64,000 nucleotides of DNA from Phallusia mammillata (Eukaryota), in NCBI GenBank assembly GCA_965637545.1, contig OZ281496.1, forward strand, positions 24,862,001 to 24,926,000, in the 5' to 3' direction. Each line of letters opens with the position of its first letter. The first letter of the stretch is position 1. Shown piece after piece: positions 39,701-52,973 of the stretch. A program made the translations under genes and the position numbers. The notes under the pieces are model-generated. The model was not told the DNA's origin. It saw only the letters and a program-made list of their open reading frames with translations, and did no database searches.

Positions 39701-42700
39701 CTTTTCTTTCACAATGCTTACATTGCAGATGTAGTTCCCGTTTGTAGATAAGTCAAAACTTGGTCAGTTGTCGAAAGAATGTCGTGTATCGTTTTGATGG
39801 TGATCTAAAACCGATTTTACGGTGTGTTTGATGGTCTAACATTATTAAAGTTTAACTTTTTTCAACTGCTTGCAAAAGAAAATATTATGATAGCAATTCG
39901 TTTTTTTGTAGCCTATACATAAGTAATAATCGAAGAGGTAGATCGTCGTAGCGTTGCTTGAATTAATAATTTGATAATGTTTTGGAATCCAGCCACAAAG
40001 AACAATGCTGTATACCTGTACTGTTATGGGATTGGCAGCAGTCAGTTGCTTTAAGATCGCTGTGACGTTTTGAATACTTAAAGCGGTTAGATTTGACGGG
40101 ATTCCTGTTAGGACTTTAAGAGATGCAGCTATTGCTGTGACACTCGACGTGGTAAGATGTGACACGTTGACCTGTAAAAAACATTTGCTTTGTTCATGTT
40201 AATTATTCATGTTAATTTTAAGTTAGAAATGCTACATGAGTACAGCACTTTTTCGTCAAAATGAATTGTTAATAATTGGTGCAGTTCATTTTCCTCTTCA
40301 ACAGGATTTTTAAACGTGAGGTGTATGCCCCACTGGGTGACGGTGGCAAATGAACGTGGCCTAAAAGATCTAGATCCGAAGTTTTGTCAAAATTTACTTT
40401 TGTTCGTTATACCAAGGAAATGGTCTTCGAAGAAAGTTTTAAATGAAAATATTGGCGTCTCAACCTTTACGTAAACAACTTAAACAAGGTAGACTTTTCC
40501 TATTATAACATGTATGTTCAACGACAAGGGCATTTAAAATTTATCAAAAAGAGCTTAAGTAAAAAATGGAAGCCGTATACATGAAAATGATAGGCCATTT
40601 TCAATGTTTTTGAAATCTAGGATATTCGTTGACAGGCTTTAGATGTCTTCTGACACCAACATTGTTTACCTGGCTTGCAAGACTTGTTAATGTTGATCCG
40701 CAGTTGATTACAAATACCTTCCCGAAGTATGCCGTAGTTATGCTTGTGGTATTTAGGACACACGTCACTGATGCCTCTGGTATTCCTAGATTTAATTCAC
40801 ATGTGACGCGAGCATAATATCCCGTCTGATTATATTTTTCGAATGTTAAACCATTCCCAGGTTGGCAAAAACATTGCCATTGGCCTTAAACATGTTTTAT
40901 ATGATTATGCCGTTACCTGTCAAGGAACATTTCTGTTGTGAAACCGCAGTCAAACCAACTGCTGTTTTTCCGAAAGTATAGCTTTTGTTTGAAGCGATAA
41001 TCACTGACTGCTGACAAAAGACTGCAAAATAAAAGCGGTTGTGTTAACGACAATATCAAAACTAACATCTGTACATGCTGAGATTTTTAGTAAATTGGTA
41101 GCCTGACGGGAATTGGTAGCGACGAAATATTAACTAAAATAGTCAGTGGCAACTCATGACAAATGGCACATCATTGTAAAACTTAACTTAGCCTGTATGG
41201 TTGGAGGTTTTTGATCGAAACCGGTATTAGGGACATATTGTTTACTTATCAAAGATCGCGCTAAAAAAGAGTTATAGTAACAGAGGAAAATGGTAAGATT
41301 GATTGGCACTACCACTGCAACGAAGGCAAGGATGGTAAAGCTATAATTGCTTACCGGAAAATGTCGGCAGTTTGACTGGAATCGCCAATGATTGAGTGGT
41401 TCCTGAAAAACACATAACAAAGGATGTAGGTATTGGGTCACCGAAAAGTCTCATGTCCTAAAAAGATGCGCGATAAATACAAATTCTCCGCTATTAAAAC
41501 TTCAAAATCTCGTTTTTTATATATTTATAATCTATCTACGATATACAGATGTTTACCTGCTGAGATGGATAAGTTTGCGACAATAGGTAGTGACAGGTTA
41601 GAGCCTGTAAAAGCCCATAGTTATCAACGATTCTCTTATAACATTTGCTCAAAACATCCTTTTAAAACATAGATTTGCGCTAACTGTTGTGTGTTTACGC
41701 GCTGGAAACCGTTAACATTAGCCTCAGCAAGCCCAAAGCATACCAAGTAAAATTGGTCATTTACTCGGTTTTTAAGAACTACTAACACTGGTGGTTGGTT
41801 TATGCTATTTCTTAACTCGTTCCACCTAAGTCCACCCTGTCGTGTTCATTCATCCAACCATAGCCTTAGTTACATAACGATTTGTAAAAACGTTGTACTC
41901 CTAGTCAGCGCAATGATGTTTTACCAATTGTGCCTTCACTATTCGACGCTTTGCACAAAGAATATCCTTCAGTTCGGCTTGTCCTAGTGCAATTGTGTCA
42001 CTGTTTTTTTTCCACCAAGAGAAATGAGCTCCGCTTAAAAATCAAAGTGGCTATGATGCTATATCCAACACTGAACGTAACGTACCTGATATTGCCGGAA
42101 GTTTAACTGGACTCGGCAGGGAAAGGTTGTTTCCTGAAACACGATCACATAAATCAACAATCGTGCTTAAAAAGACGCGAGTTTTTAGCTTTCACTTCGT
42201 GCAACGAAGAACTATATGAAACAGAAACCACAATACGCTATAAATGTTTGCCAGATGTTGTGACTGATTGGTTCAAAACTATCACATGACAAGGAAAGTG
42301 GGAAATAGGAAACCGTCATATGAAAGCAATTTGTTAAAGGTGACTGGTTGAAGCAGTGGTTCGCAACCTTTATCGACGAATTCCTTCCTTGACAATTCAA
42401 AACATTGTAGCGCCCCTTGTCGCCTATGTTACTTACAAAGCTAGCGTTTCCGATTATCTTTTGTACGCGTTTTAAAGTAAATTCTTTCCCTGGTGTTTTC
42501 AAATTCCTTCGCGGTTGGGAACAACTGGGTTAAAGGATAAATGCGCGATAGCGTTTAGATAAACACTGTTGGGAGGAGTGTGTAAGTTTTTTGGGGTTTA
42601 ATGAAACATCACACCCCTGTTCTTGCGCCATCGATCACCTACTGGTTCCCTGGGGGCTATTTATAATTCCAAATTGTGTTTACCTGCTGAGGTGGATAAG

Positions 42701-43075
42701 TTTAGAACCGTCGGTAGCGACAGATTGGTTCCTGTAAGTACACAGTTATGAAGTTTACTGTAAAAATATTCTACTAGGCAGCAATACGACTGAAACGGAC
42801 ATTGTTGTAAGTGTAGTCTCCTTACCTGGTAGGGATAAAGGATTGAGTAAATTTGCTTGCAATTAAATAGAATCTGAACAATAAAACATAAGTTCGACTA
42901 TTCTACCTTTATAACATGAACCCACTTTTAGTTATTGTTGTATTTAGATAAATTGTATCGTTTTGTACTCTGTACTTAATTCGTGCCAAAACGATTAAAG
43001 ATGTTAAACCAAAAATGACTTACCTGCTGTGTGAACAACAAACGCAACAATTAAAATCCCACTGTACAGCATCAT
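36757..43075 (-). CDS. Adhesion GPCR 'C', about 19 exons, about 720 aa, no lectin domains: SP, short linkers, HormR-like, GAIN/GPS, 7TM with short C-tail; possibly impaired
   Basis: Exons: 43075-43024 (MMLYSGILIVAFVVHTA), 42855-42826, 42731-42684, 41604-41557, 41402-41355, 41021-40917, 40785-40670, 40171-40016, 39804-39722, 39669-39552, 39296-39078, 38919-38800, GPS 38666-38508(?), 7TM 38469-38360, 38067-37860, 37701-37587, 37524-37364, 37284-37117, 36858-36757. The GPS exon lacks the donor used by the paralogs. Confidence 0.8.
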
Positions 43076-43658
43076 TAGTTTCCTTCTTTGTAATTTTTTT
43101 CTAAGACATGGGCAAAAATAAATTTCCTTAAATTTACGTGGTCTTTTCTTAGTTTGAAACTTGCTTATGGTTAACTAAAAACCCAAATAATATAAACTAT
43201 ACATGATTAACCTGTTTCAACCAACTCAACACAAGTTTTTGGTAAATGGCAAATAATCCAATTCAACGACCCCACTATATTGTTTACACTTTCAATTGGT
43301 TTACCACCATAACAGCAACCAACGCTGGTTTACCACCATAATCGCCACTAACATAGAAAAAGAACCACCACTGGTTATTCACAGTAAAAGTATTTGTAAG
43401 TCCACCTACATCACAGCGGAACGGTGGTTTGGAAGTGAATGAATATCCGCGGATAACGCAGTTTGTTCGGGATGTCCAGGTTTTGAGTGATGTTGTCAAC
43501 GTTGGGGTAAACATGCTCTTTATCCCACTTTTATTGCATCAGATCCTTGTCCGCCTTGTTCACTACGTTGAATGTTTAAATATATTTTTACAATCTTCTT
43601 AAATAATGGTTTGCTTTACTGGTAACGCTGGAATTGCAAACAGCTTATGACGCTAACT

Positions 43659-43867
43659 CAGTGGTTCTCAACCTTTCGTGGCCCACTTTCATTGCACAAA
43701 AATTCTGTTGCCCAGTAATTTTTTATGAAAGAAGCAAAACAACTAAAAAATATTCTTGTAAAATTGAGTGTAGTGACACAAATAAAAATTCGTAAAAAAA
43801 GCTTTTCTGTTGATTGGTCTGTGGCCCAATCAAAATGCTTCCATGGCCCACTGGTTGAGAACCGCTG
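43659..43867. mobile_element. hAT MITE, 209 bp, between C and D
   Basis: TIR CAGTGGTTCTCAACC / GGTTGAGAACCGCTG; perfect 8-bp TSD CGCTAACT. Confidence 0.92.
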
Positions 43868-44379
43868 CGCTAACTGCAAAGACCTTAGTAGGATTGGCTC
43901 GTATTTCGAATTGTGTGCAAATTTCATCTCATTTCTAAGTCCCAGCTGGTGACATTTTTAATGCGGTTGGAATTAATTTACATTTTGTGCAGCAAGGACT
44001 TGTTTTGTGATAAATTTTTGTTTAAATTCTCATTAGAACGTTGTCATGCTTTTTGGATACTATAAGTTAGCTTCGATATTGGGCAATATGTCATGTTTTT
44101 GTCACTATATTCTCTGTATTGTATTTCTTAAAAGTGATCGATACTGCGTACAAAATGAAAAAAATCCACAAGGGCACAACTTCCATGCTTCTGTCTATAA
44201 AGTCAGTTTATAAAAGCATAGAAAGTTCGATAAAGTCAAGGAAGACATTACTCTTCGTCGAAACAGCAGACTTCATTTACATTCTTCAAGCAAATACATT
44301 TTTACATTGATATTCAGAAAAATGTTTGTGTCCAGATTTTTTTCAATGTTTTCTATTCAACCACTGGACTTCTACGGAA

Positions 44380-47300
44380 TTAGGTGCGAGTTGATACAAC
44401 AGAACTCCTTGGTCCTCTGTTATGTTCTTTTTTTCGGCACATGATGCAAGCTACAAAAGCTTCCCACCACAACACGCGGATCTTAGTCTGGCGCAGACAG
44501 TTCAGGACGAAAATTAGGAATCCCTGAAACACACAGAACCGAGCAAGTTTAGTCAATGAAAATAGTATTGTACAATTGTACGCGGTAGAAAAACTTACCT
44601 GTATGGAATTGAAAATGGTGAACAGCCAGCTCATTATAGTTTGGTATGTTACGTTGTCAGCAAGTAACATAAAGAACCCAAAGACCCACGTGAGGCCCAT
44701 CATGATGCAAACAGCTACTGCCACTGCAAAGTCGTCTTTGGGGTTGCGTTTTCGGGCTGACGACGATACCTACAAAAAACAGTCAGCTCAATAATATTGC
44801 ACAACAGGCACACTATCAACTCGCCAAAGTCCCCAAAGACCAAGCAGTTTTATTTTATTGTCTGTGTTGCATTGCCACGTAATCTGCCATTTCGTTGAAC
44901 ATTGCACCAACCTTAGTTCTCAGACAAGTTATCTTGCATATTACTATCACAAAGCAAGTGATGTTGCATATTGCTAAGATTCCAACTGGCAAAAGAAAGC
45001 CGTAATTGAGCGAATATTGGTCCAGCCAGCACATATTCCTTGCTTTGTAGACTGATGTAAAGAAAATGTCGTCTGAAAAAAAACGAGAATTTATAGAAAA
45101 AAAGAAGTTACATAATTGTGTTCCAAAACTTATAATAAAAAAATGACAAACGATGCTTGTTTAAAATGTACCTGGAAAGTAGTTGTGTTTATCAAATACC
45201 GCCGAAATTATGCTGTCAATAGCTACAATCACTATTGGACCAACATAACAGATAACTGCTGGGATAGTAGATGATGTACCACCAATGTAAGCCATCTAAA
45301 ACACATTTTGCTAAAATAAACCTCCCATTGTTTACCATACTTTTTCTATGTATCTAGTTCTGTGTGTATAGTTATATTGTCATATTAATAGCCCTTTGGA
45401 CTGACCTGGAATGATTTCAAAGAAATATTTGCAACTCCTTTTATTTGCAACTCCTTTTAAAATATGTGCGCGCAAAAGCGTCTATACCAGTGGTTCTCAA
45501 CCAGTGGGCCATGGTCCACTGGTGGGCCATGGAAGCATTTTAATTGGGCCACAGACCAATCAAATAGAAAGCTTTTTTTAAGAATTAACTTTCATTTGTG
45601 TCACTACACTCAATTTTACAAGAATAATGGCTTGGGGAGGAATTGAGAAGGAATGTTTTTGTTTTGTTTTTTGTTCTGAACCTATTTTATAGTTGTTTTC
45701 TTTCTATCTTAAAAATTTACTAGGCCACAGAATTTTTTTTGCAATAAAAGTGGGCCACGAAAGAAAAAAGGTTGAGAACCACTCGTCTATACTATTACCG
45801 TAGTCAGAGCTTTGTACATGTTGTACGCGTTGGCGCTCATCCAAAACCAAGTGGTAAGCAAAAAGTAATGGAGAAGACCCGTGACAATGTAACATCCAAT
45901 CGTATTTGAAGTCCAACCAACACCAAACAGGAAGATAATATCAGCTATCAGAAGGTTGAAACAGATGTTCAACAGAAACACTGTTGGTTGTCGCTGACGT
46001 AGTTCCCTGCAAAATTTGTTGTTGTGACAATCTTCCGTAAAGTAAACTGCTTGTGCCAGGGGCGTATCCAGAAATTTTTAAAGGGGGGGGGGTCCAACAA
46101 ATTTTTTTGGGGAAATCCCCAATGACGTCACACGTCGTTCAAAACGACGCGTTATGCGGCAAAGCACTTTTTCCAAAATTTCTCTACCCATCTAATTGAC
46201 AGGAAGAACAGGTAATTTTAGCGAAAGCTTTGTAGTTTTCTGATTTCGCCGCTGCTATCTAGCTTACTCAGCCAAACTGCAGCTGCAAAATAAGCGTGAC
46301 TGTCAGGTAATCAAAATCGTTGCTTAAAAAAACAGGGTCCAATTTCTAAAGAACTAAATCTCTTGCTGAAGCGGTAATCCTACTGTTAAGTTGCGCAATG
46401 TCACGAATGCACCAAAGGTGGTAACTGCAGAAGGCATAAATTGTGCCTGGCAAGTAACAAATTACCCTAATAACATAACTCGATTTCCAACGATCTAATG
46501 TTTTTGACAAACTATTACGTGTTTGGCGGATCAAAGCAACACAACATTACACGTTTTTAACACTTTTACATTGTTCAAATGCAAAAACAGTTTGAATATG
46601 TTGCACTTTAGCAAGAAACTGCTACCAGCGTCCTAGCCGGAACGTAACTTTCCGATTGTTAGCGCATAAACCTCCTTATTAAACCCTTGTTACGTCACAA
46701 TTGGCGATTAAATAACAAGCGAATACAAGACATTGAAGGCTCGCGTCTTTGAGATAACGACTCCCTGTTATCACGTAGTGGTAAGCGGAACGTTTTTGGC
46801 CTATTTAATTTACGCACGACTTTTTGAAAATGGGGGGTCCGACCCCCAAACCCCCCCCCCCCCCCTTGGATACGCCAAGCCTTGTGCAATATTTTTTTCA
46901 CCGGAAGTAACATTCGTTTGTAGTCAATGGTTTAATTGAACTATGTCAGGGCTTTTCTTCCTGTTAACCACCGTATTTAAGGCAGCATATTGTTTAGGAC
47001 GTTTCTGCCAAAATCTCAGAAGACCAAATTGTAAACCGCCCACCTAATGTTGCGAAACCCCCAGAGTTTGATGTGTTAGAAATGTTTCTTACTTAATGCC
47101 CATGTATATTCCAATGGTGGCCGTCAATCCGAGCACCGATAATGCACAACCGATGTAACTCACAACTCCCATTGCGAAAGCGCTCGGAAGGATCTTTGTG
47201 CTCTTAAGATAATGTAATCGGTTCAGTTTTGTCGTACAACGTCAAACGACAAAAAAACCTACCACTATCATAGAAAAACTTGCCAATACTGCACATGCAC

Positions 47301-50300
47301 ATTTTGGTGGAGAACTTCCAGCAACCAATCTACAGCCGTTCGGAATCCATTTTCCGCTGGCTTGGTAAACGCTACACTGTGTCCTGGTTACGACGTCCTG
47401 TTGATTTACCCAGAAACACTTCGTTTTGTGGCAATGTAGATTCAAAGTTAATTTTGATGTTTGCTCCAAACATTTTGTTGAATTATGACACTTTAATTAC
47501 ATAGTAGTGATTTACCTTCAACGATCCGTTTGTTAATGCGACATTTCCTTGCTTTTCGCTTGTGTTCGTGAAAGTTAAGTCAATTGGTGCTTTGATTGCT
47601 CCGCCTTTGTGGCCTTTCACATTCACAGTGATTACCTAAAACGCAATTTAAATGTTTAATGATATTAACCAAATCACTTTCCAAATGTAGTTTATTGTAT
47701 AACTGTTAGTTGATCTTTCCTCCAGTTCATGATGAACACTGTTAAATGGGTTTGATGCGTTATGAACTATAGGCCTATTATACATGGATCTTAGATGCTG
47801 TCTTACCATGGGTGCTTTTTCAGCTGCAGGAAAGAGTGTTGAGCTTGAATGAAAGATAAAACTCGCTCGGACGCTTGTGTTGCCGCCTGTTGAGCCCACG
47901 GCGTCCAATACCGACCCAGGAATAGTTGCAGTAACCACATTTGTTCCTGCTATTGCGCTGTTGTTTCCAGGGGCGAATGAAACCGAAGCATACTTGTTTT
48001 GTGCAGTCTTCTTGGTTTGGCTCACCTAACAATTAATCGCATGTATATTTTGCGACACTTCGGCCATTATAAACATTTCAGCTTCAGGTTTTCATGCACC
48101 AATTGGTAAAAATATGTGTGTGTGTTCTCAAGTGTTGGTCGTAGCAATCTTGTTGTACCTGTATTGTTGTTTGGTTTGTTGATATTGTTAGGACAGTAGT
48201 GTTTGCAGGGAGCGTTACTCGGTTGGTGAATGTCTCCAAGCTTTTCGTAAGAGAAGCTTTTTGACTTGCAGCGGTCCTGAAAAAACGCATATCATGAAGG
48301 GAAATTCTGTACAACGAACCTTCAAACTTTATTGTTTTACTTACTTGCTGTTAGTGGTATTTTGGAATGTAGCCGCAACCTGGTTGGTGGTTAAAAGAAC
48401 GTCGTACATCGTGTTAACGGTAATCTTTAAAGAAAAGTAAGCATGGTTTTCTTCACGTTCTCATTTACGGCTACACCAAAATGTTTCACAACGAGCTTTC
48501 GCAAGATTTTGTCCAACCTGAACTTTTTGAGGATCCGTGGCACTTAGCTCATTGAGAGCAGCCGTGGCGTTAGCAACATCTGCCTTATTGAGTTTTGCTG
48601 GACTGCTTGTCAGCAGTTTCAGCGTTGCAACTGCCGTGGTTACACTTGACGTTGTAGCTTGTGACACATTGATCTGCAACAAGCACAACTTACGGTGACT
48701 TTAATGTCGGGTATAAATTGATTTGTAATTTTAGTTTTCATTGGATAAGGAAAGATTATAAACTTATTTTAGCACTGACGCTTGCAAATGTCGTTTTAAA
48801 TGTAGACACTTCAAAGCAACGTACACACACTAAACCAAACGCAGAACATGCAACCCATGATCATGATTAGAATACACCATAATTAGAAACGTTCAGACGG
48901 GATTGGAAAAAGAAGTTTATGCTGACGCAAGCATTCTGATATGAAATGGACCCCAACAGTGTATAAAGGATAAACATGGGCACTTTGTATCCTTAGTGGC
49001 AAGTTCATTTACCGTTGTTGACAAGCTTCCTAATGTTGTTCCGCAGCTGATTACAATCGGTGTGCCGAAGTACCCAGAGTTTGCATCTGTTGCGTTTTGT
49101 AAACAGGGTGCTGATGCCTCAGGATTTCCTGTATATTTGCAAGTTGTTATGTAAGTTTCAACACTGTGTTGTACTAAAGTATTTTTAGGGATATAACACC
49201 CACTTTAACAATTCTTTGCAACACTACTTGTTTGGTAAGTTTGTCACTCACCTGTTGAAGAACATGTTTGTAGTGAAACTGCAGTTTGTCCAACCTCAGC
49301 TTGAGCGAAATTGAAGGTTTTGTTCGACGCCGATACAACTTTTGACTTGCAAAACACTGTAATACGTATGTATGGTTTTTGATAATTGCTTGCAAGTAAC
49401 ATATGAAATTTCAATAGGTTTATTCCCAAAACGACAGCAGCAACTGTTTTTGTGCACTACTAGTAAGGCCTATAATGTATGAGCCTCCATCACGGTTTAC
49501 AATACCGAAACGAGGCCTTTGCTGAAGACTGATTAACGCATCCTAATTTTCTAATTACAAAACTGAAACACACTGTTCGACATTCTACATTGGTAGGGAT
49601 TAATTAATTAGTCACTGTATTTTTTACCTGCGGGTGCTGTAGCTATTGGTGTGCTTGCAACAGTTGTCGGTAAGGCTGTAGAAGCTAAAACAAACAATTG
49701 TAATAGAATCTGTTGCTAATGACACATTGACGTTTCCTAACGGTATTGGAAAGCTTGAATAATCTACGTTTAAGAATTCTGTGTGGGTATATATGAGTAT
49801 GAGTATATTTGAATTAAGATTCAATCGCACAATATCGTGCAATGATAAAACGTGATAATTTTGAACATAGATTTGTCTAAAGCTTTGGACTATTAAAAAG
49901 CTTATCTGTGTTGTTCTTACCTGCTGCTGTAGTTGTTGGTGACGCTGTAGTAACTAAACACAAACAACGCTTTAATTGTGTTACGTACAAACTTAGATAT
50001 GCATGTATTGGTCAAAACGTTTTCGTCACATTTAGAAAATGTTAAGTTCGCTTTCTATTTTACCTACCGTTAACTACTTGATAGAAAAGGCTTAGTTGAT
50101 TGCTCCAGCCTGAATTTGTGTCCGTCCTTGTTATAATCGCTACAAACTTTGTGTCACAAATGCTTGTAACTGTTGAAGTAAAGCTTTGGTTCGCGTTGCC
50201 GGTGACCACAATCATAACATTAGCAGTTGTATTGATAGGTGAGCTGAATACAACCTCAACAGTTTTATTCTGTAATGCGCTTGCAGCGACTGTGACCGTT

Positions 50301-52973
50301 CCTGACAGCAAAGCTAGAACGAACAAAACATTATTAGGCAATTGTGTGGGGTACAAAGCTACTTAAATAATATAGTGATCTGAATTCTGCGCCTTGTTAA
50401 GAAAAAAATGGTTATGTTAGATTGGTAACTGGAAGTTTCTGTTTGCTATGCTGTTGAACGTGCGTTTTTATTTGTATTTAAGGTAGTTTGATACAAACAC
50501 GTACAGTGGAAAAGTCCTGTTGCTAATGACTATTGACATTTCCTATTCCTATTGTAACGTATTTTTAGTATACTTTTCGATAATTTGCGTAAGTACCTAG
50601 CACGGGCAATAGCTAAGATTTAATTAGCTGTGGGTAATAATTAGTTGTTGGTAACGATCTGGTAACTAAACCCATACAAAACAAATAGTTATGCACTGTA
50701 TTTTGGCATAGGTCAAATACATAGGAGTGGCAAAACGATAGAAAACATTGCGGGTGCAAACTTACATAAGCGTTTAATGGTCTAACTCAGTCGTCCCCAA
50801 CCTGGGGTTCGCGGATCCCTAAGGGGTCCGTGAGATGGTCTCAGGGTGTCCGTGGAGGCAAGCATTTGTAGTAGCATTAACAACATTACAATATTTTTTA
50901 AATTCCCAAACCGTTTTTACAAACCTGAACATGTGCAAACCGTTTTTACAAACCTGCACGAGTGCAAACTGTTTATCAAACCCTTGGATCAGAAAAACTT
51001 GTGATTATTGCCTCCATTGCGAAACCACAACACACATTAACAATAGAACTTATTGTGCTTTGTTTCGTTCGGGGTTCGCGGAACTATAAAATTTATAAAG
51101 GGGGCCGTGGCTACAAAAAGGTTGGGAACCACTAGTCTAACTAAACGTTTCAGTTAAATTTAGAATTTGTCATTACCGTAGTAAATAATTACAACTTTAA
51201 CAATATCGAAACAAAGCTTTTACTTGAGGCACGTTAACGCATCCTAAATTTGTAATTGAATTTTATATATTTGTTATCAACCACCGCCTTTCTTACCTGC
51301 TGCAGTTGTAGCTTTGCGGGGGCTTGTTACTTTTGTCGGTGATGCTGTAGTAGCTAAAACTAACAATGTCAATAAATGAGACATGTATTTCTGTCGTTTA
51401 GGAAAGTTAGAATCCAATAGAGAAGATATTTGATTTTGATTACTCTTACTTTTATGTACTTATATTTTGCAAACGCTACGTTATGATGTGGACTTCATGT
51501 TTTGGAATGTGCTGTCGTCTTACTTTTAATGTACTGAAAATGCTCGGTCAATGGAATACTCGTACCAACTTACGAGAAATTGGACTCCAGTTGAGCACTT
51601 CATTTGTAATTGAAAAATGGTATAGCACCTTTCTACTATCAAGTAGGTGAGGTTTTTTGTCAATCACTGTCTTTCTTACCTGCTGCTGTAGTAGCTATTG
51701 GGGTGCTCGCTACTGTTGTCGGTGATGCTGTAGTAGCTAAAATAAACAATGTCAATAAATTAGACATGTATTGTTTAGTCGTTTAGAAAAGTTAAAATAA
51801 AGAGATTAGAATTTGTTTACTTCCACTTTTAATACTTATATCTTGAAAACGCTACGTTATAATAGAGACTCCATGTTTTAGAATGTGCTGTCGTCATACT
51901 TTTTAATGCACTGAAAATGCTCTGTCGGTGGAATACTGTGGTACCAACTTACGGTAAATTGAACTCCAGTTGAGCACTACATTTGTATTTGAAAAATAGT
52001 AACACACCTTTCTACTATCAAGTAGGTGTGGATTTTTGTCAATCACTCTCTTTCTTACCTGCTGCTGTAGTAGCTTTGGGGGTGCTTGCTACTGTTGTCG
52101 GTGATGCTGTAGTTGCTAAAAAAAACAATGTCAATAAATGAGACATCTATTTCTGTCGTTTAGGAAAGTTAAAATAAATCCAATAAAAAAGATTTTAACT
52201 TGTTTACTTTCAATTTCATTTACTTATATCTTGAAAACGCTACGTTGCAATAAAGACGTCATGTTTTGTAATGTGCTGTCGTCTTACTTTTTATTATATT
52301 GAAAATGCTCTGTCAATGGAATACTGGTACCAACTTACCGTAAATTGGACTCCAGTTAAGCACTACACTACTAGGGGTGTCCACCTGTGTGTCAGTTCTT
52401 TTGATTGTGGCTTTAAATCCCCAGCTGTAGATTTTCGTCATGGTAAATGAAAAACTAAAGTTGGACTGCACCGTAAATGTCCCTTGAATATCGATTGGCG
52501 TTGGGACAGAGCAGTTGTAAAATGTGATGGCCACATTTTTGCTCGTTGCTGCCGGCTGAGCCCCAGAGTAAACGATATAACTTGACGGTTGACCTGTAAA
52601 TAAACAACAAATGACAAACCATACAGTTGTGTTTTCAAGAATTTAGTTTAATATGTATTAATACACATTTTCAATAAGTTTGCTATGGTGATCGTACGAG
52701 TTTTTTACCTCGTATGCTTACAATATCAACAGGAAGCTATACGCCAATAGCAAAGCGGATGGCTTCACTCATTTTAGGCCGGCTTTGAAATGCGTTCTTT
52801 GCGCTGCTCGTAGCAGCGACAGTCAGTTCACTCACGCGTTTGGATTTATCACTTTTTAAGGCAAAGATATTTGCATCAAGCATCACACACAAATTAAACA
52901 TACATCAATTGGTTGATATACCTGATGCAACGACTGCAAACATTGTAACTTCAAGTAGTATTATGAGCACCAT
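44380..52973 (-). CDS. Adhesion GPCR 'D', 22 exons, about 926 aa: SP, X, 3 Thr linkers, X, 2 linkers, HormR-like, GAIN/GPS, 7TM (B-like head, E-like core)
   Basis: Exons: 52973-52922 (MVLIILLEVTMFAVVAS), X 52593-52339, 52115-52059, 51736-51680, 51353-51297, X 50313-50068, 49953-49921, 49684-49628, 49356-49252, 49128-49013, 48673-48518, 48424-48345, 48276-48159, 48025-47807, 47635-47516, GPS 47397-47263, 7TM 47202-47093, 46006-45799, 45295-45172, 45072-44912, 44769-44599, 44523-44380. Confidence 0.92.
45488..45784. mobile_element. hAT MITE, 297 bp, same family as 43659-43867 in opposite orientation, in an intron of D
   Basis: TIR CAGTGGTTCTCAACC; perfect 8-bp TSD GTCTATAC; paralog E has a single GTCTATAC at 56895-56902 (empty site). 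Confidence 0.93.
46057..46880. mobile_element. Non-autonomous TIR element, about 824 bp, in an intron of D and absent from E
   Basis: Left end CAGGGGCGTATCCAG, degenerate right end TTGGATACGCCAAGC, G and C runs subterminally; CTTGTGC duplicated on both sides; E intron (about 57155-57175) is contiguous across the site. Confidence 0.8.
50788..51134. mobile_element. hAT MITE, 347 bp, in an intron of D
   Basis: Ends CAGTCGTCCCCAACC / GGTTGGGAACCACTA; perfect 8-bp TSD GTCTAACT. Confidence 0.88.
51297..52339 (-). repeat. Three tandem units of about 380 bp, each with a 57-nt Thr-rich linker exon; two also carry an orphan 3' fragment of the X exon
   Basis: Linker exons end at 52059, 51680 and 51297 (period 379/383); fragments GTGCTCAACTGGAGT.CAATTT..C|gtaag near 51575-51600 and 51950-51980. 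Confidence 0.88.

Noticed and set aside
42212-42502. 96-aa ORF in a long intron of C
   Set aside because: Its donor-like site is phase 0, incompatible with neighbouring phase-1 exons, and it has no domain similarity.
43284-43514. 76-aa ORF upstream of C
   Set aside because: No ATG start, no splice support, no homology to the paralogs.
51297-52339. Regularly spaced repeats that might resemble a CRISPR array
   Set aside because: Eukaryotic context; units are about 380-bp exon-intron duplications, not 25-40 bp repeats with unique spacers.
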